In this document: in pieces, positions 48,584 to 64,000 of the stretch
Position numbering within the stretch: position 1 is the first letter of the stretch
Layout: the number at the start of each line of letters is the position of its first letter
Source: Felis catus
Lineage: Eukaryota
Assembly (NCBI RefSeq): GCF_018350175.1
Contig: NC_058368.1
Span: 187,552,001-187,616,000, forward strand
Direction: 5' to 3'
DNA length: 64,000 bases
Program-made: the position numbers and the translations under genes
The notes under the pieces: generated by a model
Told to the model about the DNA's origin: nothing
The model's input: only the letters and a program-made list of their open reading frames with translations
The model's database searches: none

Positions 48584-49509
48584 CTTTCTGGTTCTTGTCC
48601 TCAGATTGAAACAAATCTTAATCTTGGGAATACTGCTTATTTTCATTCCATTGTTGCAGCTTCTTTCTTGACTGCTTTTACTGATGGGTAGTTCTATGGA
48701 AAAGCATCATGAAATTCCTACTGTAAAAAGGGTGGCCTTCTATGAGACATTTTTCTGAAGTCTCAGTAACAAGAATAGTTGTGTTTCTCTTGAGCAACTT
48801 GTTTTCCTTTTGTGCATGGACAATATGAATCATGGACTGGTAGTGTGTTACACTTTGGAAGCAAGGAAGCTCTGAGCCAAATCTGTGTCAAAGGCTGCTT
48901 AATCAGACCCATTTGAAATTCTCTGCTTAAGTTGGAGTCAAAGCCACTCAAGCATCAAATAGTTTTACAGACTTGTCTAATCCTTAACTACGAAAAAGAA
49001 CTAGTCACTGTGTCAAAATACGCCCTTACAGCGCTTAGTGAATGATTCCCTTCTCTATATCCTTATTCATAACTGCTGGTGTCGTATGTCCTTGGTGTAG
49101 AATGAAAAGAGGGGGTGGTAGTGAAATGCCATTTCAGGGAATACAAAATGTAGCAACTTTATTTGGAACATACATCATTGAGAACAAATTAAGCCATAAC
49201 TGCAGTTCACCAATAGAGGATTTATGAGTATTGACAAATTATGTGAGTCCACATCTCCCATATGTAGCTTGCTGGCAAGTCATTTATTCCAGGGTATTAG
49301 CTGTGAGTTGATAGCTTTAAGTTGGACTGCCATGCTGTCATGGTTCACTTTGAATGGACATGTTATAGGATATTTCTTGACATTGTACACATGACAGGAT
49401 GGCATGTGATGTGGCTTTGTTTTAATTCAGTTAGCCACTGATTTTTAATGTGTGGGTTATATTTTACTCCCAAAGCAAAATTCTGCAGCATCTCTGGAAT
49501 ACTACCTGA

Positions 49510-51309
<1,800 letters not shown>

Positions 51310-54279
51310 GCTGATACATTTTTTAATGTATACTTTTTAATATATTCTTAATTTCATTGTAAAATTAAACTGCAATGCTGATTCTTTTCTATTTATGGTA
51401 TACCAAATCCCATGGAAAAGTTCGGCTTGTTTAACTTTTCACTTTCACGTGAGGCATGTGAAACTGTTCTGAGAATAAAAACACAAGCAGCAGTAAAGAC
51501 TAAGTACCACCACCTAGTTGATACATAGAATTCTTCTAAGTGTGTGTTTAACCTGATGATGTGATACATAAAGACTCACAAGCACTAGACTATCCAGCTA
51601 AATGGTACACTAGGCTAGGAATGGAGCCAGAGAAAAGAGAAGATTTCCCAGAACATGCCTCTTCATCTTAAGAGTAAAAGTTGAAGGACCAAATGACAGA
51701 CTGAGGCCTTGCATCTCTGTGAGTGTTGTTATGGGGAGGTTAATGGGATCAGAAGAGGATTATGAAATGTTATAGTGGGAGAACGGATGATTCTAGTTTA
51801 CATAAGATTTACTTTTAAATGTCTTCTTTGGAGTTAGTCTTACAATGTCCATTCCTCTAGCTCCCGTGCTCTAAATATCATGACATTAATAAATATCCTA
51901 ATATCCTATTAGTCACTCTTTGTCTTCTTTTAAATTGTATCAGGACCCCAAGTCATTGAGGCTGTTAAAAAGAAGATACCAGAGCCTCACCCTAGAGATT
52001 CTGATTTAGCAGGCCTGGGATAAGCTCAGGGCCTTCATTCTTAACCAGCTTTCTAGATGGTTCTGATGGATTCTTTGGACCTCTGGCCTCATCTTATTTT
52101 TCCTTTACCCCAGTTTTCTCACTTATTTTACATCTCATGCTATGTGTATTGTTCTAACATAGTTCAAAACTTCTGAATAGACCAGAATATAAATAATAAA
52201 TAAATTGGCATGAAATCACTGTAGTAATTCAGAGCCATCAACAAAATCCCTATGGGAATTTAAGTTAATACACTTCTGGATAATAATTTGGTAAAATATG
52301 CTTTTTAATTTTAATAAACTTACATTTTTATTTCAAAACTTTATTATCTTATCAAAGTAGCATGCTAAAAATGGGTCTTATAATGAAAAGCCACAGTTCC
52401 TTGCCTGCCCAATTACTGTAACTGTCTCTGCTTTAATTTTTTGTGGTTCCACCCTTCTGTGTTAGTAACGTTTTTATAACAAACACATATGCCAGTTTTG
52501 TGTTTTGTTTTGTTTTGTTTTTTATTAAGTAAACTCTAACATGAGGCTCAAACTCACAACGCCGAGACCAAGAGTTGTGTGCTCCACTAACTGAGCCAGC
52601 CAGGTGCCCCAACATATGCCAGTTTTGATTTATCAGCTTTAACTTTTTTAAGTTTATTTATTTTGAGAGAGAGAGAGAGAGCACAAATGGAGAGGGGCAG
52701 AGAGAGAGGAAGAGAGAGAATCCCAAGCAGGCTCTGTGCTCAGGGATCCATCTCACAAACCCTGAGATCATGACCTGAGCCCAAATCAAGAGTCAGACAC
52801 TTAACCAACTGAGCCATACAGGCGCCCCAATTTATCAGCTCCTCTAGATAATAGGTAATTATTGAATTTATAAAATGTTCATCTCTCCTATTCCCAATGT
52901 TTTATTATTGTAGTATTAATTTTAGTTCCCTTCTTGATTATTCATTGCCCTCTGGGGATTTTTTTCCCTCTGGGAATTTACCTCCTAGAAAGAATTGGGG
53001 ATATTCGCAAAGTTTTATTTATAAGGCAGGTAGTTACAACATTTTTGTAATAGTGAAAAATAGGGAGAAAAGGTCCTGAAGGGGAATGGAATCTGACTTA
53101 GGTGCCACCTGCAAATTGAAGTTTGTATTTTCTACACAAAACTCGACTTCATCGCTATCCATCAAAATACTTTTATCAATAAACATACATATATGCTTTT
53201 CATCTAAAAACGTAGTTGCATAATATCAATCCTATTTTTTTTCTAGTATAATCTAACATCAAGAGCAGTGGGAAGAATTTCCAAAGCTAATATAGGAATA
53301 AATCTGGAAGAGAATGTATAAAGTTTCATACGTATGTGTATCTAAGGATAGGAAGGAAGAAGGATGGGAGCAAGTGCATGTAATGAAGCATGGAAACTAG
53401 CAATACAAAAAAGCAGGACTAGAACACAAAGCCAGAAGCAAGTGACCTTTGGTGGCCAGTATTTCATTAAGTCCACTATAATTCTGTCTTCAACTAAATT
53501 CATTAATTTCTGCTCTGAAACAAAAACCCAAAGGATTTTTTTTAAAGTTTATTTATCTATTTTGAGAGAGAGAAGAGTGAGCGGTACAGAGAGAATTTCA
53601 AGCAGGCTCTGCACCATTAGCTCAGAGCCCGATGCAGGACTCAAAACCATGAACCACGAGATCGTGAGCTGCACCAAAATCAAGAGTCGGACACTTAACT
53701 GACTGAACCACCCACGTGCTCCAACTAAAAGGATATTTTAAAGGGAATAGCTGAGCTTTTAATTCATTTTTGAATTCAACAGTTTTATTTCCTCCTGATC
53801 AAATTAAAGAAACTAGTGTCTGCTAAATGGAGAAGAAACTTGGATTTTTTTTTAATTAAAAAAAAAATCTCCCACAAAGATACATGTGTTGGCACTTATA
53901 AGTCATGTGTTGGTTTCTTTTTCTCCCAAGAAAGAGATAATTTTATTTTTACTATACAATTAAAGTCGTTGGAAAATTGCAAAAGGAATCAGGATGAAGA
54001 CGTAATCTTTATGACCAGCAGATGTCACTCTCTGTACATTATGGGTTGAGAGTAAATGTAACTGCATCATAGATTTTGCCAAATATCTGATCTTAAACAT
54101 CTCTAGAAAAAGGATTAGTAGCTCAAATTAAAAATGTCCCCCTGTGCCTCTCCTGGCTCAAAATTGGCAGACAGAACAATGGTGGGGCATTGAGAAACTG
54201 GTAGGAAAAAGAACATATAAATGGCTTTTTCTCTAAAACTGACTTGAGCATATGAATCTTTTGACATCTTAGCTACTTT

Positions 54280-56828
54280 TCTAAGCCATCAAAAGCTACC
54301 TGAAGTGGGTGGATAGGTCAGCACGTACTCCTTTGCTATTCCATGACAGTTAATAAGGCTAACAGAAGTACCAAAGGCAAAGCCATACCCAGATAATTAA
54401 TGTGTCTTTTCCAGTGAGAGTAAATTGCTATCACTTCCATGATAGAAGAGATCTAATGTAATACACCTGCCACTAAGTGCCCATATCAGGGCTCATTGTT
54501 GGTCTCTGGTCTCTACTGTTGGCAGGTCAGGCACTCAGTAGGTCAATCTTGGTGAGGGGACATCCATGTTGCTGATCCTGTGTATAAGCCAACAACCTTG
54601 CCAACATGGCCACTCTTGTACTTGGGCCCATTGAGCTGTCATTAGGATGACTGGAAAAAGAGGCTAATAGATACATCTTGTCCTAATTATTGAGAGCCTC
54701 CTCTGTCTTTATATAGGTTCAGCTAGGCCATTGAGAAGCCCTCAAGCCAAGGTCAGCTGTCATAAGAGACCCATATATACTTTAGTATTCCTGCTACTCT
54801 CAGTCATTTGCTGGAAGCAGCCCAGGGAAGTGTGAACCAGCCCAGGTGTGGTGATGAATTTCAGAGTACAACAGCTGGGGCTCATGGTTAATTATGTCCT
54901 CCTGTAGTTGTGTGTCTAGAAAGTACATTCTTATGGATGTACAGTGTCCTTTGGTGAACATTCACTGGAGCACAATAATCTTCAATTCTCTGCTTATTCT
55001 AAGAGGTCCATCCATATACTTCAACCCCAGATCTTGTCACTTGTCTTATAAATCTGTTCTTTCCAAGTCCTGAACAGTCATCAAACCCTTAGTAACTGCC
55101 CTGGGATACTAGAGTTTAGATCATACTTATGGACAGTGCTCGGTTCAGAAATAGTAGACAACCAATTGTACTGCTCAGAATTCTCCTTAGGGTATTTCAG
55201 AAACGTACCCGATTGAGGTGGTAATGCACCAGCCTATTGGGCAAAAATAAACTATAAACCAGACCTAAAATTCTTGTTAGTCAGCTGGTCATAAGTAACT
55301 GGTCATGTAGCCAAAGTTAAAGACTGAGGAAAAGGAAACCTTGTAACAGGAGTAAGTGTCCAAGGAGTTGACCCTTGCTTTGTGCACTTGCTTGTGCTTT
55401 CTAGACCTGCTTGATCTCTCTGCCTTGTATGCCATTTCTCCTTGATGATTGATGGCTTCTGTGCACAGTCCAGTTAATGGCTTGCTGGATCACACAGCTC
55501 CCATGGAGCTGGTTCTCAAAAGGGAAATCAGCTATCTTCAAAAGAGGGTGTGGAGTTGCTCCCAAACCCTAGAGGTATATGCTTTGATTCTCCTGTTGGC
55601 ATTTGCCCAAGGCTCCACACAGAATCCTGATTTGCCGCATTATGTGTCGTTGGATCTGCTGATCTTAAGTTTCAAGTGACAGAGTAGCTAGCGCTACCAC
55701 ATGGACTTTCTACAGAGCCTTTTCCAATCCACCCAAAACGGTCAGTGTTACGGTAAATGGGTCAGAGTGATAGACTCAAATATGGTATATTGCCTATAAA
55801 AGCCAAAAGGCCCACCAAGCATCATGCCTCTGTTGCAGTAGTAGGTAATAGAGGATACAGCCGCTTGGGTTTCAGCTCGAAAGATCTATTGCAACATGCT
55901 CCAGACCATTAGCACATCAGAAACTTCACCAAGCCACATGAGTCCCTGGATTTTTACGGGGTTTACCTCTCACTCTCCAACCTCACATGCATTTTACTAA
56001 GGCATCTCAAGTACTGTTTACTACCTTCGTGTCAGATCCAGTCTGCATTTCATCAGTGAAGTGGACCACTGTGATATACTGAAATGTCAGGATGACCCCA
56101 GTCTCTGCAGATTATATTGTAACAGACAGTAGGTTAAGGTAGCCCTAAGGGAAGACGGTAGAGGTGGTCTCTTGGTTCTGCAAGGTAAAAACAAGCTGCT
56201 TCTGGTCATCATTGCAAATTGATATGGGGGGGGAGGACATTTGCCAGATCACTAATGGTATATGAAGGACCATAAGGGTTATGTTGATTTTCTCTCATAA
56301 AGATAGCACACCTGAAACAGCAGCTGTAATTGGAGTCCTCACCTGTTTAAGTTTACAGTAATCCATAGTAAGTCTCAGATCCATCAACCTTTGGCACAGG
56401 ACAAACAGATGAATTTAAGTGGAGACATGATAGATACCAAGCCTGTGGTGCATGAATCTCTTCAATTTCCTATAAGGATGTGCTGTTGCTTTTGGCTTGC
56501 TGCCTTGGTAAGGAGAGGACTTTCTAGGGTCTTCTACTGGACCGTTTTTACAACAATAACCTTCAGTACATGGATCAGAGAGGAAATTTGGGGATTCTGC
56601 CAGTTATGATGTATGTGTAATGTAATTAACATGTTCAAGAACTGGAGATACAACCACTGGGTTCACAGACCTACTAGGCTTTCTTTAATTTTAAGTTGGG
56701 CCAATATTCCACTCATTACCTGACCACCATTAGCCCCCATGTTGGCTGGTGGACCATCGTAGTGTTTTGAGGTCCCAGAAATTAGTGCCATTTCAGGACT
56801 AGTGCTTATTAATCCCCAACAGATCTGA

Positions 56829-56867
<39 letters not shown>

Positions 56868-58996
56868 ATACAGTCACCCCATTCAAGACTGCAACTCTCT
56901 GAGGAAGTATTGAAAGAAGGTTTATAGTATCTATTGTGGCAGTTTTGAGTTCTTAAGAGAACTCAGCATGTCCTTCAGTCAAGGGGCTCTGTGTCTGACA
57001 GCTGGTTTATGTCTGCAAGCTGGAGAAGAGGCTATGACTCTCTGTCTAGTGACTTTAGTCAGACTTCTGAGCACCAGACCTAAAGTTTTTCCTATTGTAT
57101 GAATCAAGTAATATTTAGTAGACTTCCCATCTATTTCGTTCCTAGGTCCCTACACCAACTACCTACTGCATTAGAGTTCTCCAGAGAAACAGAAAGAATA
57201 GCATGTGTGTATATATACATAGGAAGAGATTTATTATAAAAAAACTGACTCACATAATTATAGAAGCTGGCAAGTCCAAAATTGGCAGGGCGGGCTAATA
57301 GGCCAGACAGGCAGGAAAGGGATCCAGTCTGAAGACAGTCTGCTAGAGATTGCATTCTTGATTGGGAAAGTTGGTCTTTTTATTCTATTCAGGACTTCAA
57401 CTAATTGGGTGAGGCACACTCATCTTTTGGAGGGCAATCTGCTTTACTCCAAGTCCACCAATTTAAATGTTAATCTCATCCAAATATACCCTTGCAGACA
57501 CACCCAGAATAACATTTGCTCAGCCAAATTGACACATAAAAGTAACCATCAACAGCTACTATCAATGATCCCTGGTGGTCAAAACATTCTGAGGGCTGTT
57601 TTGTCCCTGCTGTGTATTATGTTAAGTGCATCCGCCTTATTTCTAGCAACTGAACACTGCCATTTGGCCTCTGCTACTCTACATCCCTTCAAACCCAATG
57701 AAATTAATGAACAGCATTGAATCAATGACAGCGTCTTCTACCATTATACCCACTAACAGAGAACAACCACCACAGAGATTTTCAAGAATATGGATGATCT
57801 CTTTAACGTATTGCTCAATACCTTAGTGAAGGAGTGTCCGCTGGGTCCTCTCGAACCATACCGTAGGGGGCAGTAGTGGGTGAGGGAATTTGAAGGTCAC
57901 ACACAGTGTATTTACCCCAACATTTCTCTCTCCCTAAATCTTTTAATTTCTTTCTCTACATTATGCCAAGGAAGTTCTGGGATTTGAAACTCCTGATATT
58001 CAGGTCACTGTTGAGTCCAAATAAGCAAACTCTTAGTACAAGTTAGCACATTAGAGAACCCCTGATAAGTACACCCATATCAGTCATTTGGCTGTTATAT
58101 TCTGCTTTCTTGGGTCTAATGCTCTTAGACTCCCATTCCACACATATTCACTGGGTTTCTGCCTATATAAGTTAGAAAAATCTTGCCGTTATCTTGGATG
58201 ATAAAATCTTTCCTTCAGGATCAGACTCTGAACTTGTTTCCTTGTAATACGCTGGATCTGACCCTAGTTATGGGCCTAGTGGCAACAAGGAGCAGTGGCA
58301 TAGATCTTGAAGAGCAAAAGCGACTCCTTGAAAAGCACCTGCCTCAGGTGAGGTTGTTACACAGACTTTAAGCAAAGGAAGCCTAATCTCAGACACGGAA
58401 GGTGAAGACAAGGAAGGTTCAGAGTGACTTAGGGGTTAAGATTTTCAACTTCCTCTAAGCCTGTGCAGATGTCCTCATCCCAAGTCATGGAATCAGACAC
58501 TGTCCCAATTCTCATCCAAGCTTTCAGTGGAAGACATAGACTGTGAATTCAATTTACATTTAAATTCTGCAACCCTCACAATTAAATATTGTGTCTGAGT
58601 TTGCAGCTACAAAAGATTTGAGGTACTTCTAGGGCTACCATGGACTCTCCCTAACCAGGACTTGAGCTGAGACTTTGAAGACCCGAGTATGTCGTTTTCT
58701 TTGTGTAAGCACTCCTGCATTCTTAGAAGAAAGCATCCCACCCCACAGAGCTTGAAGTCCTCATTATTCCCAGCAGCCACTTGATCTCCCAAGGCACCTG
58801 CTTCAGGAAGTTGTTCGTCACAATAATCTGCAGCCAATAATTTGATTAATCAGTACCGCTCTGTGCCATGGGTTACCAGCATCCCATTGCCATGACAAGA
58901 AGCTCAATATCACATTCAAGTCTAAAGACGTATCCAAACACCTGCAAAAATTGCATCTTTGGGCATCTGTTTCCTGAGAATTCTGGTACCAATTTC
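54280..58996 (-). mobile_element. Decayed ERV-L/MaLR-class internal region with RT remnants
   Basis: On - strand LRLTMDYCKLKQVRTPITAAVSGV (~56310-56380) and ITVVHFTDEM (~56045-56075) resemble ERV-L RT motifs; many stops; boundaries approximate. Confidence 0.7.
57167..57551 (-). mobile_element. MLT2-type LTR nested in the ERV-L internal region
   Basis: Characteristic ends TG(C)ATTAGAGTTCTCCAGAGAAACAGAA ... CAAATTGACACATAAAAGTAACCATCA. Confidence 0.75.
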
Positions 58997-59540
58997 TGCA
59001 TCAGTCAGGAGACACAAACTCTACTGATTACTCTCACAGAGAGAATTTAATATAAAGAATTGTTACCCAGGTATTAGAAAACTGGAAAAGCAAAAGTAAT
59101 ACTGTAGTAAAAACATAGAAAGCAGTTACCAACCTGACGGCCGGAAGAAAGAAGAGCTTGGGATTAATAAAATTTGGTAGCTTGGAGCTGGGACATGAAG
59201 CTGGGACAGGAAAGGCATCTGCAGGCTGTTACCAGTATGTCTGAAGAAGCATAATGAGGCTGGTTCTGAAATTGTGAGGAAAAATGTAAACTTGAACCAG
59301 CTGCTCCCATAGGAAATAATTCTGTCATTGCCAGAGTGAGGAACTGTTGTTTGGGTGACACTGACTGTAACAGGAAGCAAAAGAGAAAAGAGCAAGATCC
59401 TTGCCACTCCTCTAGAGTTCCAGTCTCCCTCTAGTGCCTCCTGTTGGCAGACAACAGAGGCCAGCTGGCAAAGAAGAAACCATTTGTGGAGTCCCAGCCT
59501 GGGCATCATAGAGCAGCAGCATTTGAAGCTAAGAAACTAT
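58997..59540 (-). mobile_element. Ancient ERV-L/MaLR-type LTR adjoining the internal region
   Basis: TTCTGGTACCAATTTC|TGCATCAGTCAGG junction typical of an ERVL/MaLR internal-LTR boundary. Confidence 0.55.
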
Positions 59541-59550
59541 AGCTTAATAG

Positions 59551-59593
<43 letters not shown>

Positions 59594-60100
59594 ATACTTC
59601 AGCATGCATCTCTGGACGATAACTCCCTAATACTAATACTCAGGTCATATTCAAAGTTCCTCCAATTGCCCCCCAAATATCTTTTTAATTTTTTGAAACA
59701 CCTTTTAGTTTTTTTAATGACATTGACGTTTCAAAGAATGTTCCATTCTCTGAATTGTTTTCTCTTATATCATTTAACCAGTTCCTCTGTTCTCTATTTT
59801 CTGCTAATCAGAATTTAGCTATGAAGGCTTGATTATATTCAAGTTAAAATCCTTAATGCATCATATAATGTCAGACTGTTATATCCTTGGTAATATTGAA
59901 TTTCCTTACATGTTAACAGAGCATTCCCCAAATGTCTCCATTTCTTAAGAGTGTGTTTTATTTCTAATATAGAATACAGGCATGTGGGAAATGGAAAAAG
60001 CACAGTGAAGGCCGTGCCCCCACCTCATTTCTCAGCCCCACATATCCTCTCCAGAGGCAGCTGCTGTTACCAGACTATCTTTAAAGAGATAGTTACACAT

Positions 60101-60104
<4 letters not shown>

Positions 60105-60167
<63 letters not shown>
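60105..60167 (+). repeat. Compound (TG)n(AG)n microsatellite
   Basis: Direct reading. Confidence 0.9.
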
Positions 60168-60169
<2 letters not shown>

Positions 60170-63100
60170 CTTTATTCCTCATAAGCAATAGCACACATAA
60201 GGATTTTTTATTTTATTAAAAATTTATTATTTTTTATTTTTATTAAGTGAATAAGACATGTAGAGCTAAGTGTCTTCTGAGTGTTATTTCAAAGCAATCT
60301 GTAGAAGTCTTTTGAAATACAAGATTTAGAGAAATTAGTCTCCTTTCACTGCACAATAGCAGATAGATTAAAAAAGAACTTCCTATCCACTAGCTAAATC
60401 TCACCTATGCAGTTAAATTATGCCTTGTTTCCTCAGTCTGGGAGTTCTGCTTTTCTTTCCATTATTTCTCATAATCCCCCCTTAAATTATGCAGGCAAAA
60501 CGTGGCAAGGCCTTGGTTTCTTTACTCATTCCCATGCTGCTCTCTCTCAGAGCTTGATTCTGCAAATCCTTAGACTTTCCTAGCAGGGCATGTCCCTGAA
60601 ATCAAATGTCTGTTCATTTCTGGTCCCCACACTGACTTGAAAAACGTCATCAAGAGCTTTTTGCATTAGACTCCAAAATGTCTCTCCAACTGAAGTCCTT
60701 CGAGTTACATCTGGAAAGTGGTTGGATCTTTTCTGGGTCATTTCCTGTTGAACATAAGTGGTATCTATTTTGGTCTGACTTCATTTGTACTGGGACTCTT
60801 GCAGGCCCGGGGCTTTAACTCTCCTGAAACCTTAGGCCAAAGGAGCCTCTCTGAATTCTCGTATTTTTCCTTCCTGCAAAGACTGATTGAAGTCTTCCTG
60901 CGAAGACTGTGGAAGCCCTTGTCCCGCTGACTGTGGCCCCAGTAGAAGAACTTAGGGCTGGACAAGGGCTGCGCTCTCATCGCACCTCTGGCCCCCGCTC
61001 ACTGTGTAACCTTGGGAAGATGGGCTGCTTCTGTGCCTCCATTCCTTCAGCTGTATGATGGGAGAAATACTAGTCCCAAACTTGGAAGAATAGAACAGAA
61101 CACTCTGTGAAATGTTTTTTATTAACAGAAATTATATAATTGTGTGGGGGGGTCACTATTATTAACTCTCTCAGCTCTCTGCCACATCCCCAGATCCAGC
61201 TCATCTATCAGAGCAAAGGAAGAATTTCCAAGAACTGCAACACAGTGTATTCTGTATTTTTTTTTTTAAATTTTATTGAGGGGAAGGGTATACAATAAAT
61301 ACTAGATTCCCATGGTTTAAAAGTCAAATTATTCCCGGCGCCTGGGTGGCTCAGTTGGTTAAGCGTCCGACTTTGGCTCAGGTCATGATCTCATGGTTCA
61401 TGGGTTCGAGCCCCACATTGGGCTCTGTGCTGAGAGCTCAGAGCCTGGAGCCTGCTTTGGATTCTGTGTCTCCCTCTCTCTCTGCCTCTCCCTTGCTCAC
61501 ACTCTGTCTCTCTCCATAAATAAACATTAAAAAAAATTTTTTTTAAGTCAAATTATTTGAGGAGTGCCTGAGTGGCTCATTCGGCTAAGTGTCCAACTCT
61601 TGGTTTCAGCTCAGGTCATGATCTCACGGTTCATGAGTTTGAGCCCTGCATCTGGCTCCACGCTGACAGTGCAGAATCTGCTTGGGACTCTCTCTTGCCC
61701 TCTCTCTCTGCCCCTCCCCCACTCTGTCTCTCTCCCCAAATAAATAAATAAACTTTGGGGGGGGAAAAAAAGATTGGGACCCACCTTACATTTATTTAAA
61801 AAAAAAAAAAGCCAAATTTTCCCATACTGTGAAAAATAACTCTTCCTCTTAACAGTGTTTTCCAGTTCCCCTCCCCAGAGACAACTTCTTGGGTCACAAT
61901 GTTTTGTCTATCTTTCTTGAGACAGATTATGCTTATACATCCTTGTGTGTTTGTGTGCATTTTCCTCACCTTTTTTTCTTTTAACTTGGATGATAGCAAA
62001 CTATACACACTGTTCTGCTCCTTGTTTTTCCCCCTAAACAATGTACCTTGCAGATAATTCCATAGTAGTACATAGAGCTCTGCCTCTAGGTACGTATGCA
62101 TAATGATTAATTATTTAATTAGCTTATTTAATTAGTTCCTTATGGCTAGCCATTTAGATTGTTTAAGCCTTTTATTAGTTCAAACACAGTTGCAATGAAC
62201 AACTTCATGCACACTTCCAGGATGAGTTGTGGAAATAAAAGAGCTGTGTCAAAAATAAACTGTATTTTCAATTTTGACAGATCTACAAACTTTCCTTGCA
62301 GTTCAGCTATCATCTTGTCTGATTCTAAGTGACATAGTACCCAGGGCAGCCAACACTCACTCCAACGTCATGATCTTTCTGTGGAATGGCAGCAAGTTCT
62401 CTCTTTCAGCAGCTGTCTCCCCTGTGCTGCCACATTAGCAAGACCCCATCTGGAATTATCTCATCCTGGAGAACTCCACAGCCCCAAAGCCCCTTGTTGA
62501 AAGTAAACATTGACAATCTGGGTCTTGGCCATTAGCTATTTGGAATGATTCATTAATCATTTTTAACCCTCTTTTGTTTTTTGTTTTTTAATTTTTTTTA
62601 ACATTTATTTATTTTTGAGACAGAGAGAGACAGAGCATGAACAGGGGAGGGTCAGAGAGAGGGAGACACAGAATCTGAAACAGGCTCCAGGCTCTAAGCT
62701 GTCAGCACAGAGCCCGACGCGGGGCTCAAACTCACGGACCATGAGATCATGACCTGAGCCGAAGCCGGCCACTCAACCGACTGAGCCACCCAGGCGCCCA
62801 TAACCCTCTTTTGTACCAAAATTGGAGAAAGGAAAGGGTGGAAAAAAAGGTAAAAAGAAAGGCCAGGAATGCCTACATTTTAATCATGGATGGAAGTCAA
62901 AAGATTGTGGACTTTCTTTGTCTTGATTCCACAACTCACTACCACAAGTCACTGAAGGACTCTGCCCTCTTTGTCTGCATGAAGACATGAAATGAAATGA
63001 AAACCAAAGACCAAATTATTCCTCAGGACCTTCCCTCCTTTGAAGATTCAGATGCAGTGTAGCTCAGGGCACTTGTTCTCCCAAGTTCGCCATATTGAAA

Positions 63101-64000
63101 AGGCAAGAGATTTCACAAATCTGTATGTGATTAATGTCCAAATGGGTGGTACAGTTGAGAAGGCATTTAGACAGTGGAGTGCTGGTAATCAGGCTGCAGG
63201 CTGGGTTGAAGGAAGAGAGTCTTGATTTCTAGCCTTTGCTGATTTCTGTCTTGTAATTATTCCCATTATGACAATTACAAACTTAAGATACGTCACTTAA
63301 CTCAGAATTGGAAAGGGAAGCACAGAATTGGCTGCTGTCTCCAGCTAACCACTAGTTAGGAATTCAAAGAAAGCATTTTCTTCAGACTGTTCTGTGTTGA
63401 GAGGCCCTTCATGAAAGAGAAGAGATTTGGGGATGCCTGGGTGGCTCAGTTGGTTGGGCATCCAACTTCGGCTCAGGTCATGATCTTGGGGTTTGTGAGT
63501 TTGAGCCCCGTGTTGGGCTCTGTGCTGACAGCTCAGATCCTGGAGCCTGCTTCAGCTTCTGTGTCTCCCTCTCTCTCTGCACCTCCCCCACTTGTGTTCT
63601 GTCTCTCTCAAAAATAACTTTTAAAAAATTAAGAAAGAGAAGAGATTTGAAGTAGGCACTGAAGGATAGTGCTTTAGGAGTCTTCCCATGGTAAGTGACA
63701 GGAACAATTCACACCAGCTTAAAGAAAGAGAATGTGAGAATGTGAATGTTGTAGCACAATATCTGCACAAAGGTTTTCAATAATGTAGTCAGAGCACTCC
63801 TCCCATCTTTCAGTTCTTACATCTGCCTCTATTTGTATATTGATGTCATTGACTCCTCCTTCAAGCAGGCTCCCTCCAAATGGCAGAAAAAAATGGCTAG
63901 TGCAGCCCAGGGCTGTATCCTTACAATTAACAATTAAAAAGAAAAGCAGTACTCCTTTATAGAAATCACATGGAAAGACTGATTATCTCTGCTTGAGTCT

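Overview
Mammalian genomic DNA, very likely a felid (dense carnivore tRNA-derived SINEs of the SINEC_Fc type plus a young L1 3' end). Three intact genes were reconstructed by hand from splice sites. PTTG1/securin is on the - strand (5 coding exons, 606 nt, 201 aa). It lies head-to-head with SLU7 on the + strand (15 coding exons, 1761 nt, 586 aa). Downstream is the single-coding-exon domesticated hAT/Buster transposase ZBED8 (C5orf54/FAM200C/Buster3, 594 aa). The rest is mostly transposon-derived: SINEs, L1/L2 fragments, a fossil Charlie-type hAT element in PTTG1 intron 4 and a decayed ERV-L/MaLR block at ~54-59.5 kb. The most unusual object is a 962-bp solo LTR in SLU7 intron 1 (TG...CA ends, perfect 6-bp TSD GGATTT, betaretrovirus-like). 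Its U3 carries an intact 128-codon ORF with a signal/anchor segment and a Cys/Trp-rich domain, placed like the MMTV LTR-encoded sag gene. Gene and repeat family names come from recognition, not database searches.
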